From Candidatus Poribacteria bacterium (GTDB taxonomy: Bacteria; Poribacteria; WGA-4E; WGA-3G): DNA of 64,000 nucleotides. Each line of letters opens with the position of its first letter. Position 1 is the stretch's first letter. Below are positions 10,561 through 20,738 of the stretch, in pieces. Made by a program: the position numbers and the translations under genes. The notes beneath the pieces are model-generated. The model searched no databases. It worked only from the letters and a program-made list of their open reading frames with translations, and was not told the origin of the DNA. The stretch is taken from NCBI GenBank assembly GCA_963663765.2, contig CAXXUA010000004.1, positions 416,001 through 480,000 of the forward strand, read 5' to 3'.

Positions 10561-10644
10561 TTCTCATAAATGCGAATTTGTTCAAATTCACAGGATTGTG
10601 TGTCTGGCAAATCGGGTTAAATACCCCTCCTACCATTTATGAGA
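10561..10644. mobile_element. short MITE-like repeat (TCTCATAAAT...ATTTATGAGA), inverted relative at about 40841-40927
   Basis: Terminal inverted repeats; related internal GGGGTT..AACCCCGA-type palindrome in both copies. Confidence 0.5.
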
Positions 10645-10709
10645 TAGGTTGTAAATATAGTGTGGTAATTAAGATTTAAATACTGTATTTTCTTTATTCT
10701 CTAACATGT

Positions 10710-11070
10710 ATGTTTGCTGTGGTATCATTGCTTGTTAGTAGAAATGGTATATTTATTATAATGCTGGTTTCTGTTACAGAACGAAGGAGATTGGTTTACG
10801 TAAAACGGTCGGTGCACAAAGGCTTGATATCCTTGCTCAATTTCTGGTAGAATCTACTACGTTAGCACTAATAGGTGGTCTTGTGGGTGTAGGTGTTTGC
10901 ATTGTCGGTGCTAAAATGGTTCCGTCACTTTGGGGTTGACGGACTGTCATCTCACCAATTTACGGGTTTCTCTCTTTCGTTGTAAGTGCATTGGTAGGTG
11001 TTTTCTTCGGTGCATATCCTGCGTGGAAAGAAGCGAAACTTCATCCGATAGATGCGCTAAGGCACGAATA
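10710..11070 (+). pseudogene. remnant of MacB/FtsX ABC permease C-terminus
   Basis: Across frameshifts reads [32 protein letters not shown]...[24 protein letters not shown]. Confidence 0.8.
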
Positions 11071-11140
11071 TACATCCTGATGTTAGGAAGTCATGGATTT
11101 TCAATTTTGATAGTACACATTGTGTATAGGAGGATTCAAC

Positions 11141-11857
11141 ATGTCAAAAGTTGCAGTGATTGCAGGTGTAGGTCCTGGTTTAGGTGCGGCGATTGCACGG
11201 AAATTCGCGAGTGAAGGGTGCAACCTTGCATTGCTATCGCGTTCTTCTGCTTATAGTATCAACTTATCAAACAGATTGGAAGAAACAGGTATAACAGCCA
11301 TCCCGATTCCAACTGATATTACGGATGCTGCGCAGGTCGCTGCAAGTTTTGCACAGATTCGTGAGGAGTTAGGTGCTCCAGATATTTTGGTCAATCATGC
11401 GGGAAATGCGGCATGGGGCAATCTATCAGAACTGACACCCGTTGCATTCGAAAACTCATGGCGTGTCTGTACACTCGGTGCATTCATTTGCACAAAGCAG
11501 GTCGTGCCTGGGATGATTGCTAAAGGTAGTGGAACGATTTTGTTTTCGGGTGCGACTTCTTCTGTGCGTGGAAGAGCGGGTGCGATTGCATTTAGCAGTG
11601 CAAAATTCGCGATGCGCGGATTAGCTTCTTCACTTGCTCGTGAGGTAGGACCACAAGGTATCCACGTTGCACATGTTATCATTGATGGTGTAATTGATAC
11701 CCCTGGTGTGCGGGAACGGTATCAACTAAAAGAAGATGAACCGCTGCTCTCCACGGATTCTATTGCGGATACGTATTGGGCATTGGTGCAGCAGGAACGT
11801 AGCGCATGGAGTTTTGAGATAGATGTCCGACCATACAATGAGGAATTCTTTACATAG
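11141..11857 (+). CDS. short-chain dehydrogenase/reductase
   Basis: AGVGPGLG; LVNHAG; FSSAKFA; RBS AGGAGG. Confidence 0.9.
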   Translation: MSKVAVIAGVGPGLGAAIARKFASEGCNLALLSRSSAYSINLSNRLEETGITAIPIPTDITDAAQVAASFAQIREELGAPDILVNHAGNAAWGNLSELTPVAFENSWRVCTLGAFICTKQVVPGMIAKGSGTILFSGATSSVRGRAGAIAFSSAKFAMRGLASSLAREVGPQGIHVAHVIIDGVIDTPGVRERYQLKEDEPLLSTDSIADTYWALVQQERSAWSFEIDVRPYNEEFFT

Positions 11858-11865
11858 TCTATAAA

Positions 11866-11904
11866 TATACTTTAGGCGCGCTATTTGAGCGCACCTAAAG
11901 TATA
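11866..11904. terminator. inverted repeat between convergent genes
   Basis: TATACTTTAGGCGCGC...GCGCACCTAAAGTATA. Confidence 0.65.
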
Positions 11905-11926
11905 ATGACTTGACAATTTTGTGGTC

Positions 11927-13297
11927 TTAAAAAGTACTCTCCCGATTTGTTATTGGACACCATCGTGTTGTTTGAAGGTGTTGGAGCAATACATTTTTCG
12001 CTTTTGGGGTGCCGATACGGTATAATGCATGTACTGTATCACCACGGACGTAGCGGTTCTCATGAAAAAGTAGATTTTCCAATCCTTCAACTGCATCTGC
12101 TGCGTTTTCACCTATCCGTGCTAGCGCGATAACTGCATTTCGTATAATACCTCCATTCCCACTTTCCAATGCTTCAATTAATGCTGGTACTGCCGCCGTG
12201 CTTGATTGACTGGTTGTACCTAACGCCTCAGCAGCTCTTCCCCTGACATTCCCTGATCCATCTTGTAATGCTTCAATTAGTGTAGGTACAGCAGATTCAG
12301 CTTTCGTCCCCAGGTCCCCCAGTGCTTCTGTGGCGTTTGCACGGACCTGTTCAGGAGAGTTTTCCAAAGCATTTTGTAAAGCATTTACTGCCGGTTTTCC
12401 TACTGCATTCAGTGCATAACTTGCATTTCGTCGGGTCATATCCGATTCTTCAAATAAGCATCTAATCAATGGGCGTACTGCTTCTTCACCAAACTTTGAT
12501 ATATGGTATGCAGCCTGCAATCCTGCTGACTCATTTGTGTCGTTTAGAGTGCTAATTAATTCAGACAACGATTCCCCATTAGGTGATGGTTTATCTGCAT
12601 TCTTTTCACCGAGATGCCAATTCCAAAGATGTTTGAACATCTCCTGATGTTCTGCTGGTCCGTGTTCTGTGCCGTTAGTCCATTCAGTTTCTTTGTTATC
12701 CCAAGTCGGTTCCGGTGGTTCGGTCATACGTAGATAGAGAAACTTCATCATATAACGTTTATGATCTGTCTGATTCGGCATTGCGCGGTGCCATAAGTCA
12801 TAATTTGCAAAGGCAACCGTCCCAGCTTTTCCTGAGATTGGATATTCGGGAGCTACCTCCTTGCCTTCCTGCGTGCTAAAGTAATGACTGATTGGAACAA
12901 CCCCTGTCGGACCTCGTTCAACGGGTGTATCTTGTGGATAATAGAAAGCAAGCAACCTACGTGTGTGGTGCGACCAGCGTTTACCACCGTCCTGATGTAA
13001 CCCTTGTCCCTTGCTACCGGGCGGATTGTAGTGCGGGTGACGGTGCGGTTGCATATAGTAATCTGGTCCTAACAAACTTGTCAATGCTCCTATTACATTC
13101 GGATCATCAAAAACGCACTGAATCTCGGGTATTCTGGGTAAAAGGTTATTGCCTGGATTGCCTTCCTTATCAAAAACGTTGACGGTTTTATTAAAGATTT
13201 CCTCATGGAATGTAATGGGCAAGTCAGTTGTAACGGTGATGAAACCGTTGACAACGAATTGTCGCATCTGCTCATCTGATAATAGGTTCTCAGCCAT
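11927..13297 (-). CDS. PhyH-family Fe(II)/2OG dioxygenase fused to HEAT repeats
   Basis: HQD...LWHR triad; C-terminal AVPALIEAL HEAT repeats. Confidence 0.85.
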   Translation of the reverse strand: MAENLLSDEQMRQFVVNGFITVTTDLPITFHEEIFNKTVNVFDKEGNPGNNLLPRIPEIQCVFDDPNVIGALTSLLGPDYYMQPHRHPHYNPPGSKGQGLHQDGGKRWSHHTRRLLAFYYPQDTPVERGPTGVVPISHYFSTQEGKEVAPEYPISGKAGTVAFANYDLWHRAMPNQTDHKRYMMKFLYLRMTEPPEPTWDNKETEWTNGTEHGPAEHQEMFKHLWNWHLGEKNADKPSPNGESLSELISTLNDTNESAGLQAAYHISKFGEEAVRPLIRCLFEESDMTRRNASYALNAVGKPAVNALQNALENSPEQVRANATEALGDLGTKAESAVPTLIEALQDGSGNVRGRAAEALGTTSQSSTAAVPALIEALESGNGGIIRNAVIALARIGENAADAVEGLENLLFHENRYVRGDTVHALYRIGTPKAKNVLLQHLQTTRWCPITNRESTF

Positions 13298-13447
13298 TTT
13301 CAATTCCTCCAAAGGTTCGCTATTTTCTAATTTCAAATCACAATTTTGAATAATTATGTCATAATTCTGGGTGATTTACAACAAAAAACGTTCCTTCAGT
13401 TGGAAATTGTGGTATACTAATTCTCAAATTGCGTTGAGGAGACTTAC

Positions 13448-14647
13448 ATGGGAAGGTCTTTTGAGAAATCGTTAGCATGGCGTGAACGTGCAAGAGCAGC
13501 GTTAGTCGCTGGAGGGCAAGTGCATAAACAGAGCAATCCTCCGCAACCGATTATGATCGCTGGTGGGAAAGGTTCACACTTCTGGGATGCTGATGGAAAT
13601 GATTATATTGACTATCTGATGGGTTATGGTCCGATGATTCTCGGACATGCTTATCCTACCGTGATTGAAGCGGTTGCTAAAGCATTGGAACGCGGAAATG
13701 TATATAACGTAGGGCACACGTTGGAAATTGAACTTGCTGAGAAACTGATTGAGATAATTCCATCTGCAGAGAGAGTCGCTTACTTTGTTGGTGGTTCCGA
13801 TGCAACGACTGGTGCTTTGAAGTTTGCACGCGCTTATACAGAAAAGGAGAAGGTGATCCGCTGCGGATACCACGGTTGGCACGATTGGTGTCATAACACT
13901 CGTGGACACTTACTCAGTAGTGCTGCAACAACGTTAAGCGTTCCTTTTAACGATATGGATTCACTGGAGGATCTCTTCAAGGAACATACAGGGGAAATTG
14001 CGTGCATGATAATGGAACCTTCTGGACACGACTTACCTGCAGATGGATATTTGGAAAATGTTAAATCAATTGTAAATGCAAACGATGCGCTGTTGATTTT
14101 TGATGAGGTTAAAACTGGATTCCGATACGGTTTAGGTGGTGCGCAAAAGTATTTCGGTGTAACACCCGATATGTCGGTCTTTGGAAAGGCACTTGCTAAT
14201 GGGTTTGCCACTGCTGTTGTTGTTGGTAAGCAAGAAATAATGGACGAAGTTGCTGACGTTTGGGTTGCTGCTACCTTCCACGGAGAGGTCTCACTTGTTG
14301 CTGCCGCTATTGCTACAATTGCAGAATTGGAAGCGAAGGACGGTGTTGCTTTTATGTGGAAACAGGGAGAAAAACTGTTAAATGGTTTTATGGAAATGAC
14401 GCACCGATTGAGTATTAATCATGCCCGTTTTGGTGGGATCGGTCCGATGCCTTTTTTCGGTTTGAATGCAAACAACGATCAACAAGGTCGGTTCCGTAGA
14501 ATATTTTATGAACAAACATTAGATGGAGGATTATATCTACCTGAAGGACATATTTGGTTCATGTCTCTTTCTCACACGGATGAAGACATTGCAAAGACAC
14601 TGAGTGTAACAGAAGATGCACTCAAACACGCTAAAGCGAGAACATAA
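13448..14647 (+). CDS. class III aminotransferase (GSA aminomutase-like)
   Basis: WDADGNDYID; GYHGW; LIFDEVKTGFR; FGKALANG. Confidence 0.9.
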   Translation: MGRSFEKSLAWRERARAALVAGGQVHKQSNPPQPIMIAGGKGSHFWDADGNDYIDYLMGYGPMILGHAYPTVIEAVAKALERGNVYNVGHTLEIELAEKLIEIIPSAERVAYFVGGSDATTGALKFARAYTEKEKVIRCGYHGWHDWCHNTRGHLLSSAATTLSVPFNDMDSLEDLFKEHTGEIACMIMEPSGHDLPADGYLENVKSIVNANDALLIFDEVKTGFRYGLGGAQKYFGVTPDMSVFGKALANGFATAVVVGKQEIMDEVADVWVAATFHGEVSLVAAAIATIAELEAKDGVAFMWKQGEKLLNGFMEMTHRLSINHARFGGIGPMPFFGLNANNDQQGRFRRIFYEQTLDGGLYLPEGHIWFMSLSHTDEDIAKTLSVTEDALKHAKART

Positions 14648-14671
14648 ACAAGCAAGAAAGGAAGTACATAT

Positions 14672-15544
14672 ATGGAACAAACGATAGATTACACAAAACC
14701 CTTTATCGTTGATAAAAACTTAGGTGCGGCACTTGATATCGATAATACCTCACTACCACAAACAACCTCTGATGGAACACCTGTTGTGCCACCAACTCAG
14801 GAGCAGAAATACTTGTTTGATATGCGCGGGTGGCTTTTAATTCCCAGTGTGTTGTCTGGTGATGAACTTGAAGAAATGCAGGAATTCTGTCATCGTCTCC
14901 GCAACGATCCGGAATCTATTCCAGAGCATGAACGTTCACCGCTTGGGGGACCGATGCAGAAGTTAGCTGATCACCCCAATGTTGTTGGATTTCTGAACGA
15001 GTTTCTTGCTCATCCAGCTTTATCAAGTCCAGAATGTTACGGTTTCAGGATGGAATCGTGCCACATGTTCCACCGTACTGTAGGAGATGGTAATTTTGGT
15101 CCTCACAACGGGAATGGTCTGTTACGATTTCCCGGTGATTCGCATCTGTATCGGTGTATACCGGGTAGAGGATACAGTGGATTGACTCGGATTGTTTGGG
15201 AGCTCAACCCAGTCAAGTATAGACAAGGTGGAACACTTTTTATCACTGGAAGTCATAAGGCAGTTTATACTGCGCCAGAAAGTATCCGTACACCTGATTC
15301 CCCAATTTGGGATACATACGAGTGTCCAGCAGGTTCGTTGCTATTCTTCACAGAGGCGCTGACACATAGTACACACAAATGGACGAATGAGGAAAATAAC
15401 CGTTTAGCGATTTTTAGCTGCTATAACACTGTAAATAGTAAATGGCATCAATGGAATCCGCATCCGAAGTTGCTTGAGGAAATGCCGCCGAAACGACAAA
15501 CACTATATAGACCTGTTCGTGCAGCAAATAACTTGATTCAGTAA
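14672..15544 (+). CDS. PhyH-family Fe(II)/2OG enzyme with HxG motif
   Basis: YLFDMRGWL; GGTLFITGSHK; AGSLLFFTEALTH; first metal motif H-N-G. Confidence 0.8.
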   Translation: MEQTIDYTKPFIVDKNLGAALDIDNTSLPQTTSDGTPVVPPTQEQKYLFDMRGWLLIPSVLSGDELEEMQEFCHRLRNDPESIPEHERSPLGGPMQKLADHPNVVGFLNEFLAHPALSSPECYGFRMESCHMFHRTVGDGNFGPHNGNGLLRFPGDSHLYRCIPGRGYSGLTRIVWELNPVKYRQGGTLFITGSHKAVYTAPESIRTPDSPIWDTYECPAGSLLFFTEALTHSTHKWTNEENNRLAIFSCYNTVNSKWHQWNPHPKLLEEMPPKRQTLYRPVRAANNLIQ

Positions 15545-15665
15545 AGGTTTGTTATCATGATTAAACATTTTGGTTTTTCTTGAATTCTACTCCGATATGT
15601 GATAGAATTTTCTGCAATAGTTATACTAAGGACCTATCTACAATATTAGCAACTAAGGAAGTGCT

Positions 15666-16400
15666 ATGATGACAGCTAAAAATGGAAATCCACAACCATC
15701 TCCGAATATAGATGTCGGCTATCGCATAGGTCATGCACCGACTTTAGAAACGGATATATACTATCCAGAATCGGATGGAAAACCTATGGCAGAGACAGAC
15801 CTACATCGAGATGCAATGATAAAAACGATTCAAATACTTTCTGAGTATTACAAAGAATACTGGGATGTGTATATATCTGGTAATCTCATGATGTATTATA
15901 TCAAAGGCAATCCTCGGAAATCTATTTCACCTGATGTATTTGTCGCTTTTGGAGTCGGTAAAAAACAAAAAAGAACATACCAAATTTGGAATGAGGGTAA
16001 ACCACCAGACTTTGTCTTAGAGTTTTCAAGTGAAAATACTTATAGAAATGATCTCAATGCAAAAAAGGATTTATATGCGTCAATAGGAATAACTGAGTAT
16101 TTCCTTTACGACCCTGAAAGATGCCATTTACCATCACCGCTGATGGGATTTCGTCTTGTAGATGGTGAGTATGAAGACATTCCTCTTGATGCAGATGGTC
16201 ACCTGTTTTCAGATTCGTTAGGTTTGTCTTTGCGTTTACGAGGAGAGGGTCTGGGTTTCTATGATACTACAAAGGACAGATGGTTAGAAACACCCGCTGA
16301 AGCAGCAGCAATCCGAGCAGAACAAGAAGCTGCAGCAAGAAAGCAAGCAGAAGCAGAAATAGCAAGACTCCAAGAGGAAATTAATCAGTTAAAAGCATAA
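15666..16400 (+). CDS. Uma2 family endonuclease, copy 1
   Basis: YPESDGKPMAE; SPDVFV; LEFSS; GITEYFLYDP. Confidence 0.9.
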   Translation: MMTAKNGNPQPSPNIDVGYRIGHAPTLETDIYYPESDGKPMAETDLHRDAMIKTIQILSEYYKEYWDVYISGNLMMYYIKGNPRKSISPDVFVAFGVGKKQKRTYQIWNEGKPPDFVLEFSSENTYRNDLNAKKDLYASIGITEYFLYDPERCHLPSPLMGFRLVDGEYEDIPLDADGHLFSDSLGLSLRLRGEGLGFYDTTKDRWLETPAEAAAIRAEQEAAARKQAEAEIARLQEEINQLKA

Positions 16401-16480
16401 TTGACATTCTCAAATTCAAATCCTCAAGACTAATTGTAATTAGACTCTGTCGCTATTCTACATACTAAGGAGGTGCGATA

Positions 16481-17254
16481 ATGGCAGATAAAATAGGGAA
16501 ATCTAATAATTCATATATTTCTGATACCGAAAAACGCCTACGATATGCACCGACTTTAGAAACGGATATATACTATCCAGAATCGGATGGGAAACCTATG
16601 GCAGAGACAGACCTACATCGAGATGCAATGATAAAAACGATTCAAATACTTTCTGAGTATTACAAAGAATACTGGGATGTGTATATATCTGGTAATCTCA
16701 TGATGTATTATATCAAAGGTAATCCTCGGAAATCTATTTCACCTGATGTATTTGTCGCTTTTGGAGTCGGTAAAAAACAAAGAAGAACATACCAAATTTG
16801 GAATGAGGGTAAACCACCAGACTTTGTCTTAGAGTTTTCAAGTGAAAATACTTATAGAAATGATCTCAATGCAAAAAAGGATTTATATGCGTCAATAGGA
16901 ATAACTGAGTATTTCCTTTACGACCCTGAAAGATGCCATTTACCATCACCTCTGATGGGATTTCGTCTTGTAGATGGTGAGTATGTAGACATTCCTCTTG
17001 ATGGTGATGGTCACCTGTTTTCAGATACATTAGGTTTGTCATTACGTTTGCGAGGAGAGGGTCTGAGTTTCTATGATACTACAAAGGACAAATGGTTGGA
17101 AACACCCGCTGAAGCAGCAGCAATCCGAGCAGATGAGGAAAAAACACGAGCAGAGCAAGAAGCTGCACGAGCAGAACAAGAAGCTGCAGCAAGAAAGCAA
17201 GCAGAAGCAGAAATAGCAAGACTCCAAGAGGAAATTAATCAGTTAAAAGCATAA
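16481..17254 (+). CDS. Uma2 family endonuclease, copy 2
   Basis: Near-identical core to copy 1. Confidence 0.9.
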   Translation: MADKIGKSNNSYISDTEKRLRYAPTLETDIYYPESDGKPMAETDLHRDAMIKTIQILSEYYKEYWDVYISGNLMMYYIKGNPRKSISPDVFVAFGVGKKQRRTYQIWNEGKPPDFVLEFSSENTYRNDLNAKKDLYASIGITEYFLYDPERCHLPSPLMGFRLVDGEYVDIPLDGDGHLFSDTLGLSLRLRGEGLSFYDTTKDKWLETPAEAAAIRADEEKTRAEQEAARAEQEAAARKQAEAEIARLQEEINQLKA

Positions 17255-17334
17255 TTGACATTCTCAAATTCAAATCCTCAAGACTAATTGTAATTAGACC
17301 CTGTCGCTATTCTACATATTAAGGAGGCGCGATA

Positions 17335-18129
17335 ATGGCAGATAAAATAGGGAAATCTAATAATTCATATATTTCTGATACCGAAAAACGCCTACGATAT
17401 GCACCGACTTTAGAAACGGATATATACTATCCAGAATCGGATGGGAAACCTATGGCAGAGACAGACCTACATCGAGATGCAATGATAAAAACGATTCAAA
17501 TACTTTCTGAGTATTACAAAGAATACTGGGATGTGTATATATCTGGTAATCTCATGATGTATTATATCAAAGGTAATCCTCGGAAATCTATTTCACCTGA
17601 TGTATTTGTCGCTTTTGGAGTCGGTAAAAAACAAAGAAGAACATACCAAATTTGGAATGAAGGTAAACCGCCAGACTTTGTGTTAGAGTTTTCAAGTGAA
17701 AATACTTATAGAAATGATCTCAATACAAAAAAGGATTTATATGCGTCAATAGGAATTACTGAGTATTTCCTTCACGACCCTGAAAGACGCCATTTACCAT
17801 CACCTCTGATGGGATTTCGTCTTGTAGATGGTGAGTATGTAGACATTCCTCTTGATGCAGATGGTCACCTGTTTTCAGATACATTAGGTTTGTCATTGCG
17901 TTTGCGAGGAGAGGGTCTGGGTTTTTACGATAATACAACGGAAAAATGGTTGGAAACACCCGCTGAAGCAGCAGCAATCCGAGCAGATGAGGAAAAAACA
18001 CGAGCAGAACAGGAAGCTGCTGCAAGACAGACCGCTGAATCTATAGCACTGCAAGAAGCCGCTGCAAGAAAGCAAGCAGAAGCAGAAATAGCAAGACTCC
18101 AAGAAGAAATTAATCAGTTAAAAGCATAA
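17335..18129 (+). CDS. Uma2 family endonuclease, copy 3
   Basis: Near-identical core. Confidence 0.9.
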   Translation: MADKIGKSNNSYISDTEKRLRYAPTLETDIYYPESDGKPMAETDLHRDAMIKTIQILSEYYKEYWDVYISGNLMMYYIKGNPRKSISPDVFVAFGVGKKQRRTYQIWNEGKPPDFVLEFSSENTYRNDLNTKKDLYASIGITEYFLHDPERRHLPSPLMGFRLVDGEYVDIPLDADGHLFSDTLGLSLRLRGEGLGFYDNTTEKWLETPAEAAAIRADEEKTRAEQEAAARQTAESIALQEAAARKQAEAEIARLQEEINQLKA

Positions 18130-18209
18130 TTGACATTCCCAAATTCAAATCCTCAAGACTAATTGTAATTAGACCCTATCGCTATTCTACATATTAAGGA
18201 GGCGCGATA

Positions 18210-19025
18210 ATGGCAGATAAAATAGGGAAACCTAATACTTCATATATTACTGATACCGAAAAACGCCTGCGATACGCACCGACTTTAGAAACGGATATAT
18301 ACTATCCAGAATCGGATGGGAAACCTATGGCAGAGACAGACCTACATCGAGATGCAATGATAAAAACGATTCAAATACTTTCTGAGTATTACAAAGAATA
18401 CTGGGATGTGTATATATCTGGTAATCTCATGATGTATTATATCAAAGGTAATCCTCGGAAATCTATTTCACCTGATGTATTTGTCGCTTTTGGAGTCGGT
18501 AAAAAACAAAGAAGAACATACCAAATTTGGAATGAAGGTAAACCGCCAGACTTTGTCTTAGAGTTTTCAAGTGAAAATACTTATAGAAATGATCTCAATG
18601 CAAAAAAGGACTTATATGCGTCAATAGGAATAACTGAGTATTTCCTTCACGACCCTGAAAGACGCCATTTACCATCACCACTGATGGGATTTCGTCTTGT
18701 AGATGGTGAGCATGCAGACATTCCTCCCGATGCAGATGGTCACCTGTTTTCAGATACATTAGGTTTGTCATTGCGTTTGCGAGGAGAGGGTCTGGGTTTT
18801 TACGATAATACAACGGAAAAATGGTTGGAAACACCCGCTGAAGCAGCAGCAATCCGAGCTGATGAGGAAAAAACACGAGCAGAGCAAGAAGCTGCACGAG
18901 CAGAACAAGAAACTGCTGCAAGAAAGACAGCTGAATCTTTAGCACAACAAGAAGCAGATGCAAGAAAGCAAGCAGAAGCAGAAATAGCAAGACTTCAAGA
19001 GGAAATTAATCAGTTAAAAGCATAA
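18210..19025 (+). CDS. Uma2 family endonuclease, copy 4
   Basis: Near-identical core. Confidence 0.9.
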   Translation: MADKIGKPNTSYITDTEKRLRYAPTLETDIYYPESDGKPMAETDLHRDAMIKTIQILSEYYKEYWDVYISGNLMMYYIKGNPRKSISPDVFVAFGVGKKQRRTYQIWNEGKPPDFVLEFSSENTYRNDLNAKKDLYASIGITEYFLHDPERRHLPSPLMGFRLVDGEHADIPPDADGHLFSDTLGLSLRLRGEGLGFYDNTTEKWLETPAEAAAIRADEEKTRAEQEAARAEQETAARKTAESLAQQEADARKQAEAEIARLQEEINQLKA

Positions 19026-19105
19026 TTGACATTCTCAAATTCAAATCCTCAAGACTAATTGTAATTAGACCCTGTCGCTATTCTACATATTAAGGAGGCG
19101 CGATA

Positions 19106-19978
19106 ATGGCAGATAAAATAGGGAAATCTAATAATTCATATATTTCTGATACCGAAAAACGCCTACGATATGCACCGACTTTAGAAACGGATATATACTA
19201 TCCAGAATCGGATGGGAAACCTATGGCAGAGACAGACCTACATCGAGATGCAATGATAAAAACGATTCAAATACTTTCTGAGTATTACAAAGAATACTGG
19301 GATGTGTATATATCTGGTAATCTCATGATGTATTATATCAAAGGTAATCCTCGGAAATCTATTTCACCTGATGTATTTGTCGCTTTTGGAGTCGGTAAAA
19401 AACAAAGAAGAACATACCAAATTTGGAATGAAGGTAAACCGCCAGACTTTGTGTTAGAGTTTTCAAGTGAAAATACTTATAGAAATGATCTCAATATAAA
19501 AAAGGATTTATATGCGTCAATAGGAATTACTGAGTATTTCCTTCACGACCCTGAAAGACGCCATTTACCATCACCTCTGATGGGATTTCGTCTTGTAGAT
19601 GGTGAGTATGTAGACATTCCTCTTGATGCAGATGGTCACCTGTTTTCAGATACATTAGGTTTGTCATTGCGTTTGCGAGGAGAGGGTCTGGGTTTTTACG
19701 ATAATACAACGGACAAATGGTTGGAAACACCCGCTGAAGCAGCAGCAATCCGAGCTGATGAGGAAAAAACACGAGCAGAGCAAGAAGCTGCACGAGCAGA
19801 GCAAGAAACTGCACGAGCAGAGCAAGAAACTGCACGAGCAGAACAAGAAACTGCTGCAAGACAGACAGCTGAATCTTTAGCACAACAAGAAGCAGATGCA
19901 AGAAAGCAAGCAGAAACAGAAAACGCACGGCTACAAAAGGAAATTGAGCGGTTGAAGGCACTAACCACATCCATCTAA
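19106..19978 (+). CDS. Uma2 family endonuclease, copy 5
   Basis: Near-identical core; longest tail with a distinct C-terminus. Confidence 0.9.
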   Translation: MADKIGKSNNSYISDTEKRLRYAPTLETDIYYPESDGKPMAETDLHRDAMIKTIQILSEYYKEYWDVYISGNLMMYYIKGNPRKSISPDVFVAFGVGKKQRRTYQIWNEGKPPDFVLEFSSENTYRNDLNIKKDLYASIGITEYFLHDPERRHLPSPLMGFRLVDGEYVDIPLDADGHLFSDTLGLSLRLRGEGLGFYDNTTDKWLETPAEAAAIRADEEKTRAEQEAARAEQETARAEQETARAEQETAARQTAESLAQQEADARKQAETENARLQKEIERLKALTTSI

Positions 19979-20033
19979 CCTTGACTTCAGGGTAATGATT
20001 AATTTTATATATCCGGAAATGTTTGTAGAACGA

Positions 20034-20738
20034 CTAAAAAGTCTTTATCAGTTCCGGCAATTCAGAGAGACTCCGAATCGTTTCATGCCATCTGCCGACT
20101 TGCGAACCTTCACGATCAATTAGAATTGGACGAATACCGACGTTCTTTGCTCCGATAATATCCGCTTCGTAAGTATCCCCAACATGCACAGTTTTCTCTG
20201 CTGAAACACCAACTGCCTTAAGTGTATATTTAAAGATGTGTGGATCTGGTTTTGCTGACCTAACACGTTCGTCGTGTGATGAGGTTATCGTATCAAAATA
20301 CGTGTCAATCCCCAACCGTTCTGCAAGGGGGTCTAATGGGGTATCCCAATTTGAAACAATTGCTAACTTGTACCCATCATCCCGTAAACGTTGAAGTGTC
20401 GGCACAACGTCGTCGTAGAGTTTAGCAACATTTGCAGCAAAAAGTGAGTGTCCTGCTTGCAACAATTCCCATGCCATTTGATCCGCAAGTTCCTTAACAC
20501 CAAGATTTTTCATCAAATTGCTGTAACTTTCAACAATTCTATCCATCGTTGATAACAGTGAATGATTGGCAGGATCAGTGTCAGACGCTTCTGCAAACAG
20601 ATTCAGGACAACCTCACCATAGAGATCCCAATCAATTTCAAAGTTGTATCTATCGGCTATCTTCTGAAGACTCTCCTCAAGCGGCAGTCCCCAAACACAT
20701 AGCGTATAATAAAAATCAAAGAATATGGCTTTTATCAT
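20034..20738 (-). CDS. HAD-IA family hydrolase
   Basis: AIFFDFYYT; IVSNWD; KPDPHIF; [13 protein letters not shown]. Confidence 0.9.
   Translation of the reverse strand: MIKAIFFDFYYTLCVWGLPLEESLQKIADRYNFEIDWDLYGEVVLNLFAEASDTDPANHSLLSTMDRIVESYSNLMKNLGVKELADQMAWELLQAGHSLFAANVAKLYDDVVPTLQRLRDDGYKLAIVSNWDTPLDPLAERLGIDTYFDTITSSHDERVRSAKPDPHIFKYTLKAVGVSAEKTVHVGDTYEADIIGAKNVGIRPILIDREGSQVGRWHETIRSLSELPELIKTF

Larger units (their letters stand above)
15733..19915 (+). repeat. tandem gene-scale repeat (start-to-start periods 854, 875, 896 bp)
   Basis: Starts at 16481, 17335, 18210, 19106; near-identical 80-bp spacers. Confidence 0.95.

Noticed and set aside
17042-19974. Cys/Leu-rich antisense ORFs over the Uma2 tails
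   Set aside because: Shadow frames of the GCA/GAA-rich heptad repeats.
15666-19978. Diversity-generating retroelement behind the Uma2 variation
   Set aside because: No reverse transcriptase in the window, differences are not adenine-specific, and variation is mainly in heptad number.
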